Source: Fonticula alba ATCC 38817 (taxonomy: Eukaryota; Protista; Nucleariida). Taken from it: 8,472 nucleotides of DNA. Under the pieces are notes generated by a model that ran no database searches, was not told the origin of the DNA, and worked only from the letters and a program-made list of their open reading frames with translations. The DNA lies in the NCBI GenBank assembly GCA_000388065.2, contig KB932208.1. One strand, 5' to 3'. Made by a program: the position numbers and the translations under genes. Positions 1 to 7,365 of this stretch are shown one piece after another (position 1 is the stretch's first letter; each line of letters begins with the position of its first letter).

Positions 1-358
1 CGGCCGCCGGCGGCGGCCGCAGCCCGGCGCCCGCCGCGCAGCTCCGGCCGGCCCCGCCGCCCCCGGGGGCTTCTCGGGCTCCCTCGCCGACACCACCGAG
101 CCGACGCCCGGCCCACGGAAAGGCCCTCCCGCAGCGCCGGCCGCCAGGCCCCGAGAGAGCACCGGCGTCTGGCTGATCCTTCGCTGGAATGGGAGGCCGG
201 TCATTTGGCCAGGAACGGTGGGCAAAAGTGTATATTTGCATTGAGGCTGCCTCAGGTCGGACAGACTGTTTTGATTTTCCGGCCCCCCCCCGCGGCGAAT
301 TCCTCATCTTCCCGCCGGGAATAGTTGGTGATTGCACCGCCGCCAGGGGCATCGCGTC

Positions 359-486
359 ATGGCCTCCGCCTTCAATCTGCCGCCATTCTCCCTCGCCCTC
401 TCTGTCCCCGGGCAAAGAGCCCGGCCGCCCTCGGTGCGGCCCGCCTTGCCCGCTGGCGGCCGAGGGCGCCCCCCGCCCGGCCGCGC
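359..486 (+). CDS. Candidate first exon MASAFNLPPFSLALSVPGQRARPPSVRPALPAGGRGRPPPGR
   Basis: ATG in a G(-3)/G(+4) context and a possible donor GTGTCC at 487, followed by an intron-like CT/(CG)n tract. It ends in phase 2, so it cannot join 1818 directly. Confidence 0.2.
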
Positions 487-555
487 GTGTCCCCTTCGCT
501 GTCGCCGCCTCCCTCCCTCTCTCTCTCGCTCTCTCCGTCTCTGTCTCGGTCTCGG

Positions 556-588
556 GCGTGCGCGCGCGCGCGCGCGCGCGCATGTGCA
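556..588. repeat. Alternating purine-pyrimidine tract with a (CG)10 core; 24-bp perfect palindrome at 559-582
   Basis: TG(CG)10CA is self-complementary and is preceded by a CT-rich tract (~508-547). Confidence 0.93.
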
Positions 589-761
589 GCCGTTTGCCCC
601 CCTTCCCCGCCCCCCCTGTCCCCGTCCCGCCCCCGACCCGGGCAGCCCTCTCCCGGGGAGACCGACTAGCGGGACGCCCCGGCACAGGACCCGTGCCCCG
701 CCAAAAGGCGGGCCCCGGGGGCGCGGCTCGGCGGCCGGCCTCCGGACCAGACTGGCCGGCG

Positions 762-780
762 CACACACACACACACACAC
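762..780 (+). repeat. (CA)9C microsatellite
   Basis: Read directly. Confidence 0.95.
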
Positions 781-978
781 TTGTGCGCGCGGGCGTGCAT
801 GCGCGTGCGTGTGCATCCGACACTGTGTTTCACCGGGCACCGCGGGGGGGGGACCTGGGGCGGGTTGACGCCGGGGGCAGGCCAGAGGCCGGGGCGTGGG
901 TGCGCCTTTCCCGGCGCGTGGCCCCCCGGTGCGGATCGCTCGGCCCCGGGCCCGCGGCGGGGCGGCCGCGGCCGAGCG

Positions 979-1050
<72 letters not shown>
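979..1050 (+). repeat. C72 homopolymer (other runs: G9 844-852, G10 1057-1066, C19 1319-1337, C14 1571-1584, G9 1628-1636, G14 1686-1699)
   Basis: Read directly; the true length may be misassembled. Confidence 0.9.
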
Positions 1051-1051
<1 letters not shown>

Positions 1052-1817
1052 CCCCCGGGGGGGGGGCGCAGGTCGCCCCGCCCGCCCCCACCCCCCCATG
1101 CGCGTGCGAGGCGAGTGTGGGCCATGAGCCGGCCCATTTGACAACCGCACATGTGCGGGCCCTGCTGCCACAGCCGATCGGCGCGCCGGTTATCTCGCCC
1201 CTGGCGTCTTTCCGGGGTCTCCCCCCTGCTCCCCCCTGCCCCCTGGAGTCCCGCTGGCCGGGGCCACGCGCGCCGCCCGCCTTCTCGAGCCTCCCCCAAC
1301 ATCCCCCCCCCTGCCCGTCCCCCCCCCCCCCCCCCCCGCCCCTGCCCGGCCTCACTCGCGCGCCAGGGCCAGCACACGCACCGGAGCCCGGGGCGGGGCC
1401 CGAGATGGGTAGTGCCCCTGGGGCGACCTGCCGTCGATGAGGGCGCGCGGCCTCCGCCCGCCGGGCGAGGGGGCGGGGACCGCCCGCGCGAGCCGCAAAC
1501 GGCCCGGCGCCCCTGGATCATCCGCGGTGCCGGTGCCAGCGCCAGTTGGTCGGGATGCGCGCCGCTCGCGCCCCCCCCCCCCCCGAGCACGGTCCAATTC
1601 TTTCCCCTTCTGTGGGCTCCGTCCGCCGGGGGGGGGAGGGACGCCGGGCGCGGGGCCCGGGCAGGGGTGAGGGCCGGAGGGGGCTGGGGGGGGGGGGGGA
1701 CGAGGCCCCGGCCAGGCAGGCCTGGCGGGCCGAGCCGGAGGCCAGCAGACCAGGGGCAGGCCAAGTAGACCCCGGCCAGACAGTACAGTTGACCGAGCGG
1801 CCTGCCGCGCCCGCCAG

Positions 1818-1855
1818 GGGACACCGGTTCTCCGGTTTCCCGTGCTGCTCTCGCA

Positions 1856-1886
<31 letters not shown>

Positions 1887-2039
1887 CATCCGGTGGGCAT
1901 CGCACCGTGTGACCCCCGCTTCTTGCCCCCGGATGGTGGGCAGCCCTCCGGCGCCGGCATCTCCACGCTTAGGGGCCGGTCTCGTTGGTGTCCACTGGTG
2001 GCCTCCGGCCAGCGCGCCCCTCTGGCAGGGAGCGAGGAG
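1818..2039 (+). CDS. Candidate upstream exon of the same gene: GTPVLRFPVLLSHAAAAAAAAATHPVGIAPCDPRFLPP...LAGSEE
   Basis: Bounded by GCCAG| and GAG|GTGGGG, open in frame 3, phase 0 at both ends. The phase-0 donor would match the AG at 2765-2766 immediately before exon A. There is no homology support. Confidence 0.3.
1857..1883 (+). repeat. (GCC)9
   Basis: Read directly; would encode Ala9 in frame 3. Confidence 0.93.
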
Positions 2040-2049
2040 GTGGGGGGGG

Positions 2050-2764
2050 NNNNNNNNNNNNNNNNNNNNNNNNNNNNNNNNNNNNNNNNNNNNNNNNNNN
2101 NNNNNNNNNNNNNNNNNNNNNNNNNNNNNNNNNNNNNNNNNNNNNNNNNNNNNNNNNNNNNNNNNNNNNNNNNNNNNNNNNNNNNNNNNNNNNNNNNNNN
2201 NNNNNNNNNNNNNNNNNNNNNNNNNNNNNNNNNNNNNNNNNNNNNNNNNNNNNNNNNNNNNNNNNNNNNNNNNNNNNNNNNNNNNNNNNNNNNNNNNNNN
2301 NNNNNNNNNNNNNNNNNNNNNNNNNNNNNNNNNNNNNNNNNNNNNNNNNNNNNNNNNNNNNNNNNNNNNNNNNNNNNNNNNNNNNNNNNNNNNNNNNNNN
2401 NNNNNNNNNNNNNNNNNNNNNNNNNNNNNNNNNNNNNNNNNNNNNNNNNNNNNNNNNNNNNNNNNNNNNNNNNNNNNNNNNNNNNNNNNNNNNNNNNNNN
2501 NNNNNNNNNNNNNNNNNNNNNNNNNNNNNNNNNNNNNNNNNNNNNNNNNNNNNNNNNNNNNNNNNNNNNNNNNNNNNNNNNNNNNNNNNNNNNNNNNNNN
2601 NNNNNNNNNNNNNNNNNNNNNNNNNNNNNNNNNNNNNNNNNNNNNNNNNNNNNNNNNNNNNNNNNNNNNNNNNNNNNNNNNNNNNNNNNNNNNNNNNNNN
2701 NNNNNNNNNNNNNNNNNNNNNNNNNNNNNNNNNNNNNNNNNNNNNNNNNNNNNNNNNNNNNNNN
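2050..2764. other. Assembly gap (715 N)
   Basis: Run of N, flanked on the left by G8 and on the right by the CAG/CAA array. Confidence 1.
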
Positions 2765-2766
2765 AG

Positions 2767-2825
2767 CCGAAGAACTACATCCAGCAACACTTCCAGCAGC
2801 AGCAGCTCCAGCAGCTCCAGCTCCA

Positions 2826-2899
<74 letters not shown>

Positions 2900-3504
2900 A
2901 GCAACAACAGCAGCAGCTCCAACTCCAGCTCCAGCTCCAGCAGCAGCAGCAGCTCCAGCAACAACAGCAGCAACAGCTCCAGCAGCAGCAGCTCCAGCAA
3001 CAGCAGCTCCAGCAGCAGCAGCAACAACAGCTCCAGCAGCAGCTCCAGCAGCAGCTTCAACAGCAGCAGCTCCAACAGCAGCAGCTCCAACAGCAACAGC
3101 TCCAACAGCAACAACAGCAACAACAACAACAGCAACAGCAGCAGCAGCAGCAGCAGCACTTTCAACAGCAGCAGCAGCAGGCCCAATTTCAACTTCACCA
3201 CCAAAATTTGCAGTCCCAGCAGCAGCAGCAGCAGCAGCGCCTGCCACAGCCGGCGCTCCTGCAGCCGGCGCTGTTTCAGCGCACACAGTCGCAGGCTCAG
3301 GCGCAGCAGTTCACCCCTCGCCAGCAGTATGGCCTGCTGGCTCTGCAAGAGGCCCAGGCCCAACAGCAACAGCAGGAGCATCTACCGTACCAGTTTCATC
3401 AGCAGGGCCTTCTTCAGCTTCACCAGCAGCCCCGGCTCCAGCAGCAGGTCCAGCAATCGCAAGCTCTTCCCCTCTCACAGCAAGATATCCACAGCACCCT
3501 CAAT

Positions 3505-3535
<31 letters not shown>

Positions 3536-3729
3536 CCTTCTCCCAGCCGGCCATCGTGGCGGGATACGAGCACCCGGTGCTGTACCTGCAGTCGCATCCG
3601 TCCTCGGCTGGGTCCTCAACCGTGTCGACCCCCTCAACCGTGTCGGCCCCCTCCACCTCCCATGCAGCCATGGATCCGGCACATGCGCTGTTCCACTTCC
3701 AGCCGCCGCTCCAGGGTCCCCGCGTGGTG
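2767..3729 (+). CDS. Exon A (5' boundary uncertain, next to the gap): PKNYIQQHF, polyQ region, ...FQPPLQGPRVV
   Basis: Open in frame 1 with CAG/CAA/CTC codons giving Q/L. It ends at GTG|GTACGT (donor at 3730, phase 0), after which the sequence becomes intron-like. Confidence 0.82.
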
Positions 3730-6700
3730 GTACGTTCCATCTGCATGCCTGCTTGCCGCTGTCCCCTCCCCTCCTGGCGCCCACTCTCTGACCGGATCCT
3801 GCTCTTTCTTATTTCTTCGCCCATGCGCCCATGCGCCCATGCGCCCGGCACACGCACACGCACACGCACACACGCACACACGCACACACGCACACACGCA
3901 CACACAACAGGAACTGCCAACTGGCATTCGAGCAGACGGCAACTGGGCCACCGCCGTGACCAACCATCCTCTCATCGACTCGATGACCATCCCCAAACGT
4001 ATCTGCCCCTTTCTGCCCGGCTCCTCCTCCTCCTCTTCCTCTCCCCCCTCCCCTCTTCCTAGCTCACACACGCTTCCCCTCGCGGCCCCCTCCCTCCCTC
4101 CCTCCCGACACACCCATCCAGCGCCCCCGCCATCACAGGCCGCCCGCGTGGTCAATCAGCGGACCTACTCGGTGAAGGCCAAGCTCGCGGTCAACACCAC
4201 CACCAACAAGCACTACCGCAATGAGCAGGCCGTGCTCAAGTGGGGCACCAATCACCTGAAGGACCTCGGCAAGCCCGAGGCCCAGGTGTCCGTGGCCATC
4301 CGCCAGTGCCGGTATCTGCGCACCCTGCAGAATGCCTTCCACTTCGATTACTCGCAACTGTCGCTCGACGAATTGGTCCAGCCGCGGACCGCCGCCTCGG
4401 CCCTTCCCTCCCCCTCGCTGGGGGCCGACCATCCCGGGGGCGTGATGGCTTCGGGGCTGGGCCCGGCGGTGCCGGGCGGCCTGGCCGGACCACATCACCA
4501 CCCGGGCCTGGCTCCGTCGCCCACCTCCTCGGTGGTGCACTCGCCACTGAGCCCCCTGGCCGTGGCCTCGGCTGGGGGGCCCATCATCGGGACCTATCCG
4601 CCGCACGCGGGCCACATGCTGCCGGCGTCCATGCTCCCCCCTCGGCCGCTGTCCATGGCGAACTTCGTGCGCGAGGCCGCCCGGCTGATGAAGGGCAGCG
4701 GCCCGCGCACCCGCAAGCTGGATGCGGCCAACTTGAACTCCATCCGCAAATGGGCCGAGGTGGTGTTCCTCCCACGCGGGCTTTTCATGGTCGGACCGCC
4801 GACGCGCGTCATCTCGCCGGATGAGAACTCCATCTCCCCGAGCCCCACTTCGCCCACATTCAGGCGCCCGAATGCCGGGGAGGCCCCACACCCGTTCCAG
4901 GTGGCGGCCAATGCCACCCCGCAAGCCGGGTTACTCCACTCCAACCCGGCGGCCATGCACATGCAGCAGCCCTTCCACATGCAGGCCCACTCCGCGGCGC
5001 ACCTTCAAAATTCCTACCACCACCATCCCCACCACCCCCACCAGCAGCCGGCGTCGTCCATGGTGCTGGCGGCCGGCGGGGGCGTGCTCCCGCACGGCGG
5101 TGCCCTGCAGGATGACTGTGGCGCGGTCACATCGGCCGATCTGGCCGCCTCCTCGCCGGTCTCCGACCCCCGGGTGACGGAGCGTGTCTTCCGGTTACTC
5201 TTCTCCATTCTCATGCACATCCACGAGAATCTGGTGTCCTCGCCCAGTCGCGCGGCCTACCTCGACGCCAACCACTTCCCGCAGGGGACCAAGCTCGAGC
5301 GCATCATCTGGCCGCCGATGGCCACCACCGCCGAGGGCGGGCCCACCGGCGGCGCCGGCGCCGGCAATCCGCCCCCCGGCAAGCAGGCGCTCCCCACCGG
5401 GGGCAAGCGCACGCGCAATGCCCATGACGACCACTCGGCGATGGGGGGCGCACCGGACTCGGCCGCTGCGGCCGCCATTTCCCCCTCCTCGGCCTCCTCC
5501 TCTTCGTGCCAGCTGCTGGATGTCGACCCCGCCACCGCCATCATCGGGCCCGGCGGCTCCGGGCATCCCCGCTTTGGCGATGGCAATGCCGACGGCTCGC
5601 CCGCCCTCAAGCGCTCGCGGCCGGATGGCACCGGCGGCGGGACGCCACTTGGCCGCCGGGCGTCGGCCTCCTCGCCGTCGGAGCTGGACCTGGCCGCCAT
5701 GGCCGGCGGCGGTGGCAGTGCCACCGGCGGGGGCGGCTGCTCCGCCGCCAACAGCGGCGCCAACATCAGCCTCTTCGATTTTCTCAACTGCACCGTGACC
5801 AACCTCCCGTCCATCGGCGGTGCGGTGCCGACCCCGGCCCCCGGCGTCGGCAAGGATGACAGCCTGGTCATGCCGACCCTCGGGCAGCTGTACCTCATCT
5901 CCCACCTCCTCTCCTTCTACCCGCCGGATTCGCAACGCCTGCAGGATTCGCCCGTGTCCCCGCGGGCGGGTGACCCGCCGGGCGGCGTGGGGGGCGCCGA
6001 TGACGATCTGTCCGGCGATGCTGCTCGGTCATCACTGGCCGGGGCCGGCGCGGCCTCGGTCCCGGACAGCTCATCTCCGGATGTCGCCAACGCAGCTCTT
6101 TCCGGTGCGCACCGAATCTGCCCGTGTTCCCTCTCCCTCTCTCTCTCTGTGTATTTCTTTCTCCTTCCCTCTGTCTTGATCTTTTGCCCTGCTCTCTTCC
6201 CGCTTCCCGCTTCCCGCTTCCCGCTCGCTCGCCGTCACCTTGCCTTGGCGATTGCAGGCGGCTCGCCTCTCTCCCTCCTCCCCCGCATTGACCTCCCGCG
6301 TGTGCTGCATCTGTGTCGGTTCGAAAATCGTGCCCCCCCCCCTCCCCCCCCGCCCTCCTCAAGTGCGCCCCCCGTCGGCTGGACAGCCTCGTGGCGTCCG
6401 GCACCCCGGGGCCCCGGGAACCGATGGATTCCTGCGAATTGTCACTGCGCCGCTGCAGCAACAGCAGCAGTCTGCCGGCACGCGGCCCCTGACCGCACGC
6501 TACTCCATGTCTCCCTCCCCTTCGCTGGCCCGGCAGTCGCAGTACTCCCTGTCCTCGAACTCGAGCTCGCCCATGACGTCGGTCCCCTCGTCGGCCCTTG
6601 TGTCGGCGACTTCCTCGGCGGCCTCCTCGCCCAGCAGTGCCACCGTCGCCGGCGGGCTCCCGCCGCCCCAGCTGTCGGTCACCATTCCGCCCCCGATGTC

Positions 6701-6826
6701 GGGGCTCGGTGGTGGCGGCCCGGACTCTTCGGGCCTCAGTCGGTCGACCAGCTCGCCCGGGCTCCTGATGAATAACCTCTCCTCGCCGGTGGTCATCGGC
6801 TCTTCGGCCGCTGCGCGAGTCCAATC

Positions 6827-6861
<35 letters not shown>

Positions 6862-7329
6862 CCCTGGCGCCCTTCCATGGTGCCGGCAATGCCGGGCTCC
6901 AGATGATGGCCGGCGGGAATGGCGGCGGCCCCCCGACGGCGACGGCCCCGCACCAGGCCCCGCTGCAGTTCAAGCAGCAGTCCTCCGCCTTGGGCAATGG
7001 TGGCGGCGGGCCTGGCGCCCGTGCTGGCGCCCTGTCGAGCGGCATGCACCAGCCGCAGCTGACCATCGACACGTCGGTTTCCGGGGCCACATCCCCGACT
7101 CAGGCCCAGCAGCACCCGGCCCTGGTGGCGGCAGCCTATCACGGCGGGCTGGTGGCCGGTCATGGGGGCAGCGCCGGTGGCGGCGGCAACAGCGCCGGCT
7201 CCCAGACCGGCTTCCCCTCCCTCGGCCAGGGGGCCATGTCGCAGCCATCTGAGCAACAGCAGCAGCAGCTCCAGCTCCTGCAGTCGGGCCAGGTGACGCC
7301 GATCACGGCGACCGGCACGTCCGGCAATT

Positions 7330-7365
<36 letters not shown>

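Larger units (their letters stand above)
3730..3910 (+). other. Intron 1 (181 nt, phase 0)
   Basis: GTACGT donor and AACAG acceptor; the terminal AG is the only AG in the intron. Branch-like CTGAC at 3788-3792. Splicing joins PRVV to ELPTG in frame, whereas frame 1 read-through stops at 4060-4062. Confidence 0.85.
6105..6363 (+). other. Intron 3 region: either one 259-nt intron, or introns 6105-6257 and 6300/6315-6363 around a mini-exon
   Basis: GTGCGC donor. The only AGs in the interval are TGCAG (6256-6257) and CAAG (6362-6363). The latter restores frame 3 with phase 1. Confidence 0.7.

Noticed and set aside
189-1905. Overlapping poly-Pro and poly-Gly ORFs on both strands
   Set aside because: They are produced by C/G homopolymers and dinucleotide repeats in stop-poor sequence.
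1969-3381. Minus-strand ORF encoding poly-Leu with spaced Glu
   Set aside because: It is the exact antisense of the CAG/CAA/CTC array and spans the N gap; there is no independent coding evidence.
1842-3791. Frame-3 poly-Ala/Thr reading of the CAG array
   Set aside because: Only frame 1 continues into sensible unique sequence and a phase-matched splice to exon B.
3614-3905. Short direct repeats as a possible CRISPR-like array
   Set aside because: The units are directly tandem with no unique spacers, the context is eukaryotic, and there are no cas genes.
4646-4765. Resemblance of MANFVREAARL...LNSI to the TEAD YAP-binding-domain helices (MINFIHKLKHL...MNSV)
   Set aside because: It is not collinear: the preceding beta-sandwich strands and the lipidated Cys are absent, and a 10-residue insertion is needed. 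Likely chance.
1985-6775. 1596-aa ORF as a single uninterrupted CDS
   Set aside because: It reads the CAG array as poly-Ser/Asn, crosses the gap, and translates repeat-filled introns (AHAHAH, SLSLSL). Only 3911-3998, 4122-6104 and perhaps the mini-exon look coding in this frame.
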